37,980 nt of DNA. Source: Bugula neritina (taxonomy: Eukaryota > Animalia > Bryozoa). Of the stretch, positions 13,318 to 26,732 are shown piece by piece (position 1 is the first letter of the stretch; each line of letters begins with the position of its first letter). The stretch lies in contig CAXIUT010000119.1 in NCBI GenBank assembly GCA_964035545.1, positions 1-37,980 of the forward strand, given 5' to 3'. The translations under genes and the position numbers were made by a program. Under the pieces are notes generated by a model. That model was given only the letters and a program-made list of their open reading frames with translations, did no database searches and was not told where the DNA came from.

Positions 13318-13947
13318 TCATTGGTTTTCTAATGATTTTATTTATTCTTTGAGATTGTTTGTTTTGAGGTTGTTGTTGGCTTATTATTGTTTAGAATTGT
13401 ATTAGAGTTTTATATCTATTTTATCAACTTTAATATTTTATCTTGCCTGTTATACATCTTATCTATATTCTTATTTTACTTATTTTTACCTTGTTCTCGC
13501 TTATTCCATTACTTATTCCTTGACTTCTCCCTTCTCATTTACTACTTCCTTTTGCTCATTTGCTACTTCCATTTGCTCAGTTGCTACTTCCTTTTGCTCA
13601 TTTGCTACTTCTTGCTTCTGGAAACCTTCAAATTACTTGATATAAAGTTATTGTTTAATTATTTCATTTTGATTGATGCCTTCTTCTTGACTGATGCCTT
13701 CTTCTTGATTGATGCCTTCTTCTTGACTGATGCCTTCTTCTTGATCATTGACATTTAGTTGTTCGAATAAAGTGGAATAGTTTGACTATTCTTTGATAGT
13801 TGTTGATCTTATTTATTATTCTCTTTGATAGTATGAGATTTATTGGAGATATCGATGTATTTTCTTGTGAATAATTGTCTTCTTTGTTATGTAAAAAGCT
13901 TTATTATTAACTTACTTATCTTAATCTTGATCTTGTGAGCTTCTCAT
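13318..13947 (-). CDS. Glu-rich low-complexity hypothetical protein (209 aa) with coding repeats (QEEGIS/N)x4 and (EVANEQK)x4
   Basis: Open frame ATG 13947 to TGA 13320-13318; 18-nt and 21-nt in-frame repeats; TAA codons cluster among GAA codons. Confidence 0.65.
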
Positions 13948-14060
13948 TTTTGAATCGACATCTTTATAATAACTACTAATAAATCACTATTTAATAAAAT
14001 CAACAATAATATATCCATATTGTTGACCTAATTATTCATATATATATTATTTGGCTGATA

Positions 14061-14739
14061 ATGAGGGGGTTGGGGTTGGGGTTGGGGTTGGGGTTGGGGT
14101 TGGGGTTGGGGTTGGGGTTGGGTAGGTGTCTAGATTTATTCCTTAGAAGAAGATTAATTCTCGTTTGCAGTTGTAGGTTTATGGCAGTAAGGCAGGTCCG
14201 TTGGTTTCTGAGTTGACTGATTCGAGATAGTAGTATAAATGGAAGCCTTACTTTAGGATAGAATGTAGTCGTGATGATGATTTGTAGCTGGTGCTATTTT
14301 AGGTTTAAAAATAAAAAAAAACAGAGATCGGGATGACCAATTTGGGTTGTTATGGGTTCATTAATAGATAAAAAAACTATCTCAAAATAAAGTAACTTAA
14401 CAAATGTATTTATTGTTCTATTTAGATGAGTTGCAGATCACCATGGATTACTAGTTGAAAGGGACTCTTGAATTATGGATAACTTACTAGCCTGGTTTGT
14501 TGTATGAGGGAGAGTTGGTGCAAAAGGTGGATTTAAGTTTGAGAGGATGCAAGATGGTAATGTCCAAGGGATCTAAATCAAAAGAATATCAAATAGAGAG
14601 GCAGAAGGGCGAGGTTTAGTTGTATGTGGGTAAGTGTCCCTCGTCGAATGCGTTTAGTTTTTTGGATGCAGGAGGGACTAACTTGCCATGTTCTTTTGCT
14701 GAAGACAGCTATGTTGATAAGAAGATGAGATAAATATGA
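14061..14739 (+). CDS. Hypothetical protein, possibly C2-domain-like; 5' end interrupted by the telomeric tract; 20-nt intron 14406-14425
   Basis: Frame from 14123 reads EVSRFIPEKKINSRLQLEVYG...YKWKPYFRIEC...LELVLFEVE...EIGMTNL and continues to TGA 14737-14739; ATG 14061 is not in this frame as assembled. Confidence 0.6.
14065..14122 (+). repeat. Internal telomeric tract (GGGGTT)n, ~58 nt
   Basis: Perfect hexamer array just after ATG 14061. Confidence 0.95.
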
Positions 14740-14866
14740 CAGTTATGTTATTTACGACCATTTAATCAAACAATATATCTTAATACCATCTTACCTATTT
14801 ATAGTAACTTTATGCTATTTACTATTAACTATGAGGTTTATTAACTTTATTATCATAAATAAAGAA

Positions 14867-15671
14867 ATGAATCCATAATTGCACTACCTAGATCACGTTC
14901 AGAATCGATCGTAAAGTAAGCAATGTAGTCGTTTTGGTAAGGCTGCTCGTTTTAAAGAGTCCAAATCCATGTAGCTGGTATCGTATTTAGACATACAGAA
15001 TTCGCATATCATCTATATCGACCAAAACAGACAAGATCTTGTGGATTTGGATTTGGATAAAGGTCATCTCTTTCGAAAAATAACCATAATCCTGCTCCCA
15101 ATTAGTATGATCTCAAAAAAAGTAATAAAGGAATGGGATCTAAAATGGGATTGAGTAGAGATTCTGTTTGTTTTGGATCTATTGCCGTTGAAATACAAAA
15201 CCAAATCCTCAATCCAGCTCCAGGAACTTATTAAATGCCATCTTCACACAGATCTAATAGATTTACTTTAAGAAAAAGACTTGACTCTGAGAGGATGATT
15301 GGTCGAGGACCTGGACCAGGAGAGTACGAGTTGGTTACTATGAATGAAAGAGGAAACTATCCTGTTTCTCAGTTCAAAAATACAAGGTACATCATTTTGG
15401 ATCAATCAAGGACAGAACACAGTCATAGCTAGAAATATCCTGGTCCTGGTTCTTGTAATTCAATAATAATGAAGATAATATAAGTAGGAGTAATATATTT
15501 AATTTCGAGAAGAGATGGAGAAATATGAAGAGTCGTACTTTTGGGACTAGTACGAGGAAAGGTCCAGTGAGTGAGGCAAGAATGCTGGTGCCTGGTCCGG
15601 GAAAGTATGAAAGCTTTTCTCCTTTTGGCGAAAAAAATCTGGATAATATTAGAGTGAAAACTGAATGTTGA
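14867..15671 (+). CDS. Sperm-tail PG-rich (STPG/SHIPPO) repeat axonemal protein; 20-nt introns 14971-14990 and 15455-15474
   Basis: Repeated PAPNEYD, PAPGTYE, GPGPGEYE, YPGPGSY and VPGPGKYE motifs. Confidence 0.85.
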
Positions 15672-15753
15672 ATTATCTATCTTTAATACTTCTAGAATCT
15701 TAATACTTTATTATGTTATTGATAATTAGAATATTCTATAAGACAGTTAATCG

Positions 15754-16452
15754 ATGAAGGACAGAGTTAGCAATTAGTCAGGAGGCGGATAGTTCAAGAT
15801 AAAGGTTTGTCTGCCGAGTCCTCCTTGTCTGTCATGTGACACATAGAAAACTATTGAAGCTTCACCGCACTTTAATTCTTAAAGGTTGAGTAAAAGATAG
15901 AGTGTTGCTAGTAGTATGCCTGAAGAGGATGGAAAGGCTAGGCTCAAACTGAGAGATTATCTTTTTCAAGCAGCTACTTCATCTAGTAAGAATGCCTAGA
16001 AGAGAAAGATTATGTAAAATTTACCTTTGAATACGTGTAAAACAATGTCTTTTTCTAAACCAAACGATAAACCAAAATAAAATAAGAAATCTGATTTTCG
16101 TAAGCATAAATATGAGATAAATAACTTGGAAATGTACAATGTTTTAGAGCAGTAGCTTCAGTGTGATCTTTCTTAGAGTATTAACGAGTTGTAGAGGATT
16201 CAGGAGTATTTATAAAGCAATGGGCGGAAGAACGAGGTACCTAGTGGAGAGAAAATGATTGTTATGTACAATTTGAGAACAATAGTAAAGAATAAGTTGA
16301 TTGGAAGTGTAAGGGAGATGAAAGAAGAAGTGTTTGGAAGTAAAGAAAACTTGATGGGATCTTCAGGTTTTGGAGTCAATAAAAATATGACCTATTTTGG
16401 AACTACTGGTTAGAAAACAACTAAATAATAAAACATAAATGCTACTAGATGA
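15754..16452 (+). CDS. Hypothetical protein (232 aa)
   Basis: ATG-to-TGA open frame under code 30; no recognised domain. Confidence 0.6.
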
Positions 16453-16511
16453 AAGATTGATTCTTTAATACTTTATATAAACTATTGATCTGATATTTTG
16501 ATATTTTGATA

Positions 16512-18061
16512 ATGATGTGGTTTCTTAGTAGGGGAAAGAAAGGTCGAGTCAGTTAAAGCGTGGAGATAATAATGATGTTGGTGATGTTCTTAGCTGTTGG
16601 AGGAGTAGCTGATATAACTGACAACACTTGTACATTTAAGACTGGTGGTAAATTGTTTTCATTAGCTTTTCTCAATCAGAACAAAGGTGGCTTACAAACA
16701 TATTACAACTACCAATACAATAGTTCAACACACTGTAGTTTGTAAATAAAAGGGTCTTCCGAAAGCATATTCCTACCTGGTAACAAAAGTAAACAAAATG
16801 GATGACTAGTCATAGTAATTTTATGTTTGCGTTCCTTACTCTTCTGATTCAAAGCTGTCGCATTTCAATCCTTTGTATATCGTTGATCGAGGACAAATCA
16901 AACTAAACTTAACAATGGAAACAGATAAAAACGAAAGAAGGACAGTATTTATGCTTGATTGTGAGCCTGTTACTGTATTGCCTCTTGAGGGTGCTGAGGT
17001 AAGAGGAGTGAGTGAATTTGAGTTGATGGTTAGTGGGGAGAGTGAGTATGCGTGTCCTGTATTTGAGATATCTAGTCTTTGGAGGGCTATATCTGACAAT
17101 AAGATCATATTCGGAGTGGTGCTGTTGGTGGTAGGTTTTATAATGTTGTTTTATGGAATATTGATGACTCAGTTAATGATCTTTTTAACTGCCTATATTC
17201 TCACCTTTGCTGCTCTCTCTGGAATATCTACTACTTTTCTCACTCCCTAATCCACTAAACTAGCCATCTATTTTACCCTATTGTTTATCCTTTTCTTGTC
17301 CACTTTGGCTGCTTATGGCTTGGCTAAAATCGTTAAGGTATCTGTCTTCTTTATTGGTGCTCGTAACTATTTAACGATATAGTGTTGGGAGTGTTGTTGG
17401 GAGCCATTTTAAACACAATATTTATAAAGGTTTTTGGAGTGATAACAATTTGGTCTTTGGTATTTTTCTAGGTGATATTGGCTATTCCTTTGGGTTTTTT
17501 GACTTTTAGGTATAGTGAGTAGGTGATAATAGTGTCGACATCATTGACTGGTTCTTATATGGTGGTTCGTCCTTTTAGTTGGGTATTCGGAGGATATCCT
17601 AACGAATTTACATTTTATCATGCTATTGAAAGTGGACATCTTAAAACTATTCCTTCTACCACTTTTATCTACCTAGTCTTTATTTTTGGTATATTTATTC
17701 TAGGAGTGCTTTATCAGATTCAGTATTGTTGTTTTTATATAGAAAGTTAGATATGAAAAGAAACAGGAGTAGAAGTGGATATTTACCTGATAGTCTGGAA
17801 AGTAGTCTAGATAGTATTCATTAAAATCTAGATAAACTGATCAATAAGTATCATGGAGATGATTAAAATAAAAATTAGAACTATCAGGTTATGAGAGAAA
17901 TGACCTAAATAAAACAAAATATCAACTCTAACTATCATAAAAATAATAGCTAAGATTAAAATCAAACCAACCAGAAAGAGTTGGTTGATGATAAAGCAGA
18001 GAAAAAGGAGATGAATAAAGAAGAGAAGTCTAAAAATTAAGAGAAAAATATTGACTTTTGA
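16512..18061 (+). CDS. Multi-pass membrane protein, DUF4203 (TMEM198/TM7SF3-like), with Cys-containing luminal domain; 20-nt introns 17363-17382 and 17723-17742
   Basis: Hydrophobic leader, YACPVF, then a TM cluster including IIVSTSLTGSYMVVRPFSWVFGGYPNE; the 5' exon structure is not fully resolved. Confidence 0.75.
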
Positions 18062-18064
18062 TCT

Positions 18065-18284
18065 TATTGTTAAGTGTTAATAGACATTGTTAGGTGTTAA
18101 CAAATATTATTAAAGAGTTTAACAAATATTGTTAGTTGTTGATAGATATTGTTAGTTGTTGATAGATATTGTTAGTTGTTGATAGATATTGTTAGTTGTT
18201 GATAGATATTGTTAGTTGTTGATAGATATTGTTAGTTGTTGATAGATATTGTTAGTTGTTGATAGATATTGTTAGTTGTTGATT
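18065..18284. repeat. 20-bp minisatellite (GATAGATATTGTTAGTTGTT), 7 perfect copies plus degenerate leading copies
   Basis: Direct reading; begins just after TGA 18061. Confidence 0.93.
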
Positions 18285-18354
18285 TATATGAATTAATTAT
18301 TGTAGTATAGGATAGCGTGTTATCATGTGATTCACATTTGATAATATCTTAGAG

Positions 18355-19497
18355 ATGTTAAACGAGTTTTGTAAGTTAAGTTTGGTCTTAGTTTTAGGTT
18401 TGTTTGTTTGGATTCTCTATGATAGGTCTACTTGGGACGAAGACTTCACCAAGTATACTGCTCATTAGATTAACTTGGGTCCTCTCGATACTTCTTTTGA
18501 GTCTAAAATCAACCCGAAGCTTTTTAAAGATGCACAAGTGATTAAGAACGAGACTCACCTAGTCAATCCTTAAGATGTGGCAGTAAATGAGGAAGGGTGG
18601 ATATATTCTGGGCTGTGTGATGGATCAATTGTAACTATTCCTCCGAACTCAAACTAAACAATAGTTGTCTATAAGCATAATGATTCTGGAAGAATTTTAG
18701 GAGTGATAATGACCAGTGATTAGTCAACTCTTTACTATGTATCCGAATACAGAGGATTGATTAGTTTGGACTTAACGACTAAAGAGCCAACTTATTTGTT
18801 GAATGAGATTGAAGGAAGAGTACCAAGAGCACTTAATAACCTTTGCATAGATGAGTACAGACAGATATTGTATGTCAGTGAGGCAGGTCCAATAAGAATG
18901 GCTTTTTCTTCAAAAGAAGTCTTATTGGGACATTAAGAAGGTAGGATAATTGCCTATGACATTAGACAAAAGACCTATAGAGTAGTGGTAGACAAGATAG
19001 CCTTTCCTAATGGAATAGTTTACGACAAACAAACTAATTCAATCATATTTTCATAGTTGAGTCGATGGAGAATTTGGAAGTATCAACTGGATACAAACAA
19101 AAAGGAAATATTGCTCGACAATTTGGTAGGTTATGGAGACAACTTGAAGTTAAATGATAAAAGAGAGCTGTTGATAGCTTTGCCTTCTACTAGAAAATCT
19201 CATTTAGAGTTTTTATTTAAAAATATTTGGTTGAGAAAGCTTATAATGTATCTTCCAGAAAGGATCGTTTTTGCTGTTAATCCTAAAAGAGCAGGAGGAA
19301 TAAGAGTAAATGTTGATAGTGGATAAATCATTGAGTATTTATTTGGAGCACCTACTAAAACTAGCTTTGTGACTACTTTGTACGAAAAAAATGGGAAAAT
19401 TTACTTTTCAAGTTTAACAAATCCAACTATTTTGATTTTTTCTTCAGACTCAAAATAAAAAATTAGTGAAGACAATCAAAAGGAAGAGGAGTTGTGA
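18355..19497 (+). CDS. Strictosidine synthase-like / APMAP-like beta-propeller (380 aa)
   Basis: N-terminal TM anchor; motifs LVNPEDVAV, GRILGV, GRIIAYD, IAFPNGI, LDNLVGYGDNL; no intron needed. Confidence 0.9.
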
Positions 19498-19518
19498 GTG
19501 ATTTAGTGCCAACATTTA

Positions 19519-19803
19519 ACTTACATTCAATTTTATAGACTTAATTTCAATTTTATAGACTTACACTCAATTTTATAGACTTACATTCGATACTATTTAC
19601 TATTTTAACCATTTATTAACTTATCTTCACTCATTATTGATATTCTAAGTTATTTTGATTCAATCTCATTATTTCCATATATTGACTTATCTTGACTCAT
19701 TATTGACATTCTAAGTTATTTTGATTCAATCTCATTATTTCCATATATTGACTTATCTTGACTCATTATTGACATTCTAAGTTATTTTGATTCAATCTCA
19801 TTC
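19519..19803. repeat. Two adjacent minisatellites: 20-bp unit (ACTTACATTCAATTTTATAG, ~3.5 copies) and 66-bp unit (~2.8 copies, 19619-19802)
   Basis: Direct reading; fills the gap between two convergent genes. Confidence 0.88.
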
Positions 19804-19857
19804 TTTATTGGTTTATTAGCTATTAAGTAGATGATTGATGATAGGCAAATATAGGTA

Positions 19858-20147
19858 TCATGCGAGTCCTAGTTCTTTTTTGAGTTGTCTGGTGAAATCT
19901 TAGTTGATATCTTAATCGTCCCAATCTTATCTCCACTGTTTGGCGTCTACCTTTTCGGGTGGGTTGGGATCATAAGCTGCTTTATAACATTAATACCTCC
20001 TTCTTAGAATTATTAGAAGTCATCATCGTCTTATTCTAGTAGTTTGAGGACTTCTGCATCTTTTACTACTTCTTTTGTCTTCTTGGATGCTTCTTTTTCT
20101 TTAGAATCTTCTACTTTTTTGTCTTTGTCTTTGGGCTATGCTGACAT
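19858..20147 (-). CDS. SEM1: SEM1/DSS1 26S proteasome complex subunit (89 aa); 20-nt intron 19977-19996
   Basis: Reads LLEEDDDFEEFEEG...QWREDWDDEDINEDFTRQLKKELG, matching the DSS1/SEM1 consensus; many Glu residues are TAA-encoded. Confidence 0.93.
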
Positions 20148-20240
20148 TGATTTAAAAATAAGTTAAATATTGATTGTAATAATATCGATTCCTATTCTCT
20201 TTAAATATCAACTCAAAAGGATTAGATGTTATTTATTAAA

Positions 20241-20310
20241 GTTTTGATGGCCAATAAATGTAGAGATATAGTTTTGATGGACAATAAATGTAGAGATATA
20301 GTTTTGATGG
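20241..20310. repeat. 30-bp tandem repeat, ~2.3 copies
   Basis: GTTTTGATGG(C/A)CAATAAATGTAGAGATATA in a divergent intergenic region. Confidence 0.8.
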
Positions 20311-20372
20311 ATTATAGCGATGATAGTTTTTGATTGTGAGTTTTTATAGTTATAAGTGTAGTAGTGATCGAG

Positions 20373-23300
20373 ATGGGCTGTATTCCTAACTAATCTTCCA
20401 ATCATCCTCATTCTAAACCAAACTACAACCCTATGTACCTGGCACATCATCTAGATTATAGATAGTTATGAAACAAAATATTTAAAATCTATAAGAAAAA
20501 TGGCTTCTAAAATAGATGAAAGTGATGCAAACTAAAATGAATAGCTTTTAAGGAGATAGTATTAATTTTTAACAATTCAAATAGTTATTTCCTAAAATAG
20601 GAAATTTTTCCAATGTATTACATCACTTAAAAAGGATACAAAAGCAAGCATTTACAAACTATTTGCTTTCTATGGAAATAAAACTCTCAGCAAACAATAA
20701 ATCTATAAAACTCTTACTCTGATCCGGAAAGTAGAAAATAACTCCTAGTTTGCTCCTCTCCTCTTTTATGTCTACACCAGTGATCATACTCATCAAGTCA
20801 TGAATCAAGCTTAAATAAAACTTTTTTAAATGGAAAATAAAGAGTATCTCAAAAAGATAGATCTTGAAGATTAAATCGATAGTCAAGATCTATAAACCAT
20901 CAGCAAACGCAGTCGAAAAGAACCAGAAAAAGGATAAGATTCAGGTCTAATTTACAAAACTTAAATCAGATAGACCGAGGGGATAGGGAGAAATATTGAA
21001 GGTAGAGTTTAAGAAGGAAAAAGAATCAAAAAAGAGAGGACGATGAGGGAGAGAGAGTTCATAGATGTGTTCGGGAAGTATAACTTACTGGCTTACCAAG
21101 CCATGTTCAATTGGAATTTATAAGAAGACGAGAAGAAGTTGGTGGATAAGATACTGTAGAGCAAGATGTAGAGAAAGAGTGGGGATAAAGTGTACGTGAT
21201 GAGTTTTTCTTGGTGGATCGAATGGTACTTCTTGCTGATTCAGGACGAGTTACATTTAATATAAGTATGGAAAGATGATAGAGCTATCGGGCGATTATCA
21301 AAAAAACTACAGTTCTATCAAACATCAAAAAAGAAATTCACTGCCTAAACTAGTTGATAAGAGAAAGGGAATAAAACCTCCAGGATAGATAAATAACGAT
21401 ATTTTGTTGAAAAAAACAGGAAGGACTGGGTAGCTGCTTCCCAACCAGGTCGAACTGAGTAATTATATTTGTGTTCCTGAGATGGTTTGGAGCCAGTTGA
21501 TTGCTATCTATCAGGGTGGTCCACCTATCTAGCGTATTTATCCTCGGATTTACTTGAATTTGATAGTAAAAGTTTATCTTAATGATGATAACAAGTTTAT
21601 TCCTTGTAAATCAAAGAAGTATGCAAGGAAAGATCATGGTGATTTAAGTACAATAGCAAATAAGAAGGAAATAAAAGATAAAAAGGTGCCTTATTATAAA
21701 TATCCCGGAAAGAACAATTGGCTAGTTGTACCTTAAATAATACAAAAACAAAATGAAATATTTAGCTTTCCTAAAACTTATCTAGTTTATGTGCCTCAAA
21801 GGCTTCAAAAAGATTTTTAGTAAAACTACAATATCCATAAATATAAAGAAGGAAGATATCTCAAAAAAAGATTCAAGAATTATGGATCTGAGATCAATGT
21901 ATCTATATAGGGAGTGTTAACTAAGGTAGAAGTGGTATAAATTTTGAATTCATAGGAGGTAAAGGTGACTTATATTGATTAGAATAATAAATAAAATTCT
22001 ACTACCAGAAAAATAGATTAAAATTTGAAAAAGTTGAATCCTGAACTTCTTTAAAATGAGAAACAGCTCAACTAACTGACTGGTCTAAGAAATCTTGGAA
22101 ATACCTGTTATATGAATGGAGTGTTACAGTGTTTGGTGAGGACTCCTTTCTTTGGCAGCTATCTTCAAAATTAAAAGTTCAAAGAACAAAAGCTAGATTA
22201 AGATTTAGTATTGGCTGAGCTAGCTGTTCTTTACAATGAATCAAGAAGAGGCACTCAAGAAGTGATAAGTACTCGTGATTTTAAAAAAATATTTGATAAG
22301 CATTGTCCTTTTTTCTAAGGAAATCAGCAGCATGACGCTCAAGAGTTTCTTATTTGTCTTCTTCAACGTATAAGTGAGTAGATCAAATGTCAGAAACAGG
22401 AATATGGGTCTGTCTAGAAGTCTGAATCTTCAGATAAAACAGTTAATCGCAAGATAACAAAATTTTTTTCTGGAAAGACAGAAGCTATAACGACTTGCAC
22501 TAAATGCAAGAACAAGAACAGCCGGATATAGCCTTTTTTTACATACTCATTGGGTCTTCCTGAACTTAAAGAAATGGACTACTCTTACTACTTTGTTTAG
22601 AATCCTCGGAGGACAAGTAAAACAGTGCCAGTTCGTTTTGGAATAACTTTGGAGAGGAAGGTGACAGTATAGGAATTTTTGAATGCTTTAAGTCGTCGTC
22701 ATAAACGTAGTTTATAGCATTTGGTTTTATATACTACCTTTAATAACTAGATATTGGGGAAGTTGTAGGCTCGAAGTTGGAAGAACGAGATAGCTCATCA
22801 TTTGGATTTTAGTGTGAAATTGGTATGTTATGATGTGGAGTGGATGCAAACACCTAGCTATTACAACTACCTTCAGAGAAACATCGCAGATAAGTCGATT
22901 AAATTAGAATTGAGACAGCGTGTGTACTCGGATAAGGCGAGATAATATAAATTGGTATATTTGCCATTTATAATTGAAATTACTCATAAGATGAAGTGGA
23001 AAGATTTGGTTCAGAGCGTTGATGACGCAGTAAAAAAGATATTTCCTGAACAAAATTACAATAGTAAGTTGTAGCATACTCCTATTGGAGAGGAATTGCT
23101 AACTAACAGTGGTGTTAAAATTAATCTGAATGAGAAGCAGTCATAGAAGGTGAGTAGGTCTCAGGTCAGAAATAGTTCATAAATCAAAATAGCTGAAGAA
23201 GGATAGAACAATGATCACATATAGGGTAGAAGTGGTCATGAGAAGAAGGTATCTGATCCAAAGTAGGAGATATTTAGTTATAAATTGCGAGTCATAAAGA

Positions 23301-24027
23301 GCGATCATCATTACTAGAATATTTGTGTGTTTTGTAAGGGAGATTTTTATTCTAGTCGTCGTTCTCGTTCGTCAAGACTATGTAAAGGAGATAATTGTTC
23401 TTTTTCGACTGATGGTTCTTTGTTTTAAGATCAGGAGTTCAGAAATATCAATGACAATATCATCCTTGTGGTAGATTGGTAGAAATCAGTACCGAACGAG
23501 ATGTATTTGTTTGTGAATGATGTTTCTTATGATAAGGCTGTGGAAAGAGCATAGAACAGAAAATAAAAATTGTAGGATCTTTTGGTGGCTAATTACAAAA
23601 ATGCATAAGTGCTGGGATTGAGATGTTAGCAATCAAACTGTAAAAACTAGTAGGCCTAGAGAATTTAATATATTCAAATGAATCCTAACATCCTTTTGGT
23701 ACTGTTATTTTTATTCAGCTGCATTTGAAGAGGTTTAGATACGAGGATAACAGGCTGGTAAAGCTGTCGAATTTAGTGGTTTATCCGTAGCACTTCAGTT
23801 TGCCTGGTTCTAAGGACAGATATGATTTGTATGGAGTGGTGGTGCATTTGGGAAGCGGAGTGGGAGGACATTACACTGCTTATGTTAAAGTCAATAGCAA
23901 GTGGTACTTGTGTGATGACAGCAAAGTTGTTCAAGCTGAGGGAAAACAGTATATTGATACCAACGCCTACTTGCTGTTCTATCATAAACTCAACTTTGAT
24001 CCTAGTCTCGTCTCTTCAAGTTTTTGA
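20373..24027 (+). CDS. Ubiquitin-specific protease (C19) with DUSP domain; introns 21225-21243 (19 nt) and 23699-23718 (20 nt)
   Basis: DUSP motifs VYVMSFSWWIEW, PPGEINN, VWSQL..YQGGP; Cys box GLRNLGNTCYMNGVLQCL; QQHDAQEFL; LHLKRF; His box HLGSGVGGHYTAY, WYLCDDSKV, AYLLFY; N-terminal MGC. Confidence 0.93.
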
Positions 24028-24216
24028 TACCACTATTATTGTCCCTTTATATCAGCTTATTCATCTATACTACCTAATACAAATCTACCTAATACATATC
24101 GAAAACTACCTAATACATATCGAAAACTGGCTAATGCAATTTCAATCAGATGATTTTGATGATGATGGATATATAAATAATAATAATTGATAGTAAGTTA
24201 CCTTTTGATGACCTAG

Positions 24217-26644
24217 ATGAACAACCAGACAGGTAATAGTACTTTTTACAACTTAACCAGCAAACGGACTCTTCCTCGATAAGTTCTCAAATGGATGCAG
24301 GGGCTTGACCTTTCTTACTCCGTCAAAGACTACCGAAAAGATATGAGTAATGGTTTTCTTTTTGCTTAAATCATATCTAGATATTAACCTGGAAGAATCC
24401 CAATGCATGCCTTCTAGAACACTCAGAATCATCATCGAAGAGATAATAACTGGAGTCAGTTGCAGTTGTTTTTCAAGAAATACTCCTTAAGGGAAATCAA
24501 AATAACAAGTGATGAATATTGTTTGATTATGGCACAGAAAGACCCAAAATCAGAGCAACTGTATCAGTTTATCTGTAGAATATACTCTATTTGTACTAAA
24601 CGTACAATCCCTTAAAATGCTCCCATGCTTGATGTACCTCCTACTCAAACAAATAACCCCAATCTGACTGCTTCTTATCTCCTCAAAGAAGATGGACTTG
24701 AAAAACTAGAACAGAGCTCTAACCAGTTAAGCAATAGTCGGCAAAGATCTCATCCTGAACAAAGTAGAGCATAAGAGAAGCAAGGAGAAAGAGTACCAAC
24801 TCGTAAGATAGTTCCCACAGTAGAAAGCGGATCTGGAGGAGGAGAGATATTGGGCGTTCGTAGTGATAATCGGAAGATGACATCAAAAAGGAAGAGTTGG
24901 TAGATGGGTCGAGATTAAAGCAACTATGTACTTAATATTTGATTCAGGAAGAATAGAATGCATAAAACTAAAGACTTATTTTTGATTATCTCAATCAGAT
25001 AATATAGTAATGTATTCCTGCTTAAGACTCTACTTTAAAGGATTTGTTGATGCCTTAGAATTCAAAATATCAACCGACTGAAGCATTGAAGAAGGTGCTT
25101 CCTAATGTGGATAGAGGTTTTTATTGTAATTTTTTACATCAAATAATCGTAAACTCATCTGAATTGGCTCCCATTGTCTTAAGAGAACTTAATTAAATTT
25201 GGAAGTTTTTTGTCTACTTTATAAGAATGGTGAAGCATTACAGTCCTGAAACACAATAATTCACTTTATTGATGGAGCTGATAAAAGGTTATGCTTCTTC
25301 TTGTCATTCTAAGGAACCTCGTCGTCTACAAAAAGTCTTTTCCGAGTCAATAGTTATTTCTTTAATTGCAGAGGTAAAGAGTGCTCGTGAATGGAGAAAG
25401 AGGTAAAAGTTAATGTAGTTGGTTTATGAGTTTTAAGGGTTTTAAGGAGGATAAAAGAGAAATGCACTAGGCCGATTAAAGGTAAAGAGGATGTTATTTA
25501 GGACCTTTTAGGGAGCAACAATCAGGTTTTTATTGAATGGCTGTCTGTGTTAGTGCGTGAGTAGACAAAAGATAGAAACAATTTTGGAAATAAGCTGATT
25601 GAGGACTACATCTACTATGCCCATCAGTATATATCAAGCAGTTGTCAAACTTATCGGATATCTGCTCTTAAAATATTTTATTAAATCAGCAAGACTCAAA
25701 GTTATTAGCTTATTCAAGGCTTTTTCTATTCAAAAGCCGTTTCTTTTCAACATTCGACTGCTGATCCTTAGCAAATTTTGCTTTTGGCCTTGATTTATTT
25801 GAATTTATTAAAATAGTTGATAAATTCTGGTGAGTATCAAAGATTGGTAAAAGGGACAGGAGCAAATACTCTAGTAAAGGTATACAACCCAGATAATTAA
25901 AAGAATTTGGACTAGTTAAAGAGGAAGGCAGTTCTTTTAGGATAAACTATTTATAGGTTATTTAATGTAACTTCTGACGTGACAGTTAGATAGATTTGTG
26001 CGAGGTTATCAGTTCCTTTGATTCCTGAGAACCAGTCGATGATGCAGATATTTTTGTAGTTTATAGCAATAGTTCGAGAGAAGTAGGAGTTTTTGAAGGC
26101 AGAGAGTGGATAATACGAGTTGAAATCTTTCAGGATAGAATGCCCTGAGGTTGAAATAACTATAATTGAAGAGTTTAGTAATGAAATTCTGATATAAATA
26201 ATAAACTTGATTCTCAACAACAGAGGTACTTTATAAAACTACATTTACCTGGTTAATCATAGTTTGAAGTTTATCAATATAAAGAAAGTAAACATGTAGA
26301 TCTGGTAAGATATATCTCTTCATATAGCTAGACCTTACTCTCAATTAGTTGCCAATTCAAAATATAGTTATTTGGCTTTTGAAGGATTGAGAAATATTAC
26401 TCTGATCCAATTCCACTACGACATGAAAATCAGAGAATTGAACTCTTGGCTATCCGAAGCTATTGTTAAAATTTTAGTAGATAATAACCAGGTGGGCAAG
26501 TAGGCTCTAGAAAAGTTCAATTAATTTTTAAATGCAGAATATGGAAGAAACAAACAGGAGTCCATTCGATCTATGGTTGTAGAGTTGTCCGAGATGTTGT
26601 AGGCAAAAGGATACTAGGGACTGATTTCATTAAAAGAATAGTGA
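24217..26644 (+). CDS. SPATA4/SPEF1-like calponin-homology (CH_2) domain protein; 20-nt introns 24928-24947 and 25482-25501
   Basis: Reads [38 protein letters not shown]...NNWSQL, followed by a long helical C-terminus. Confidence 0.85.
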
Positions 26645-26732
26645 TTTTATCAGTCATATTGACTCTATCTATCCTCTATTAATCTTTAATAAGTTAAATA
26701 GTATTGATTTGATATAACTATTCGTTAGTACA

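Noticed and set aside
13387-13758. Hydrophobic 123-aa + strand ORF, and similar antisense ORFs at 6478, 28268 and 28794
   Set aside because: These are shadows of Glu/Lys-rich genes on the opposite strand.
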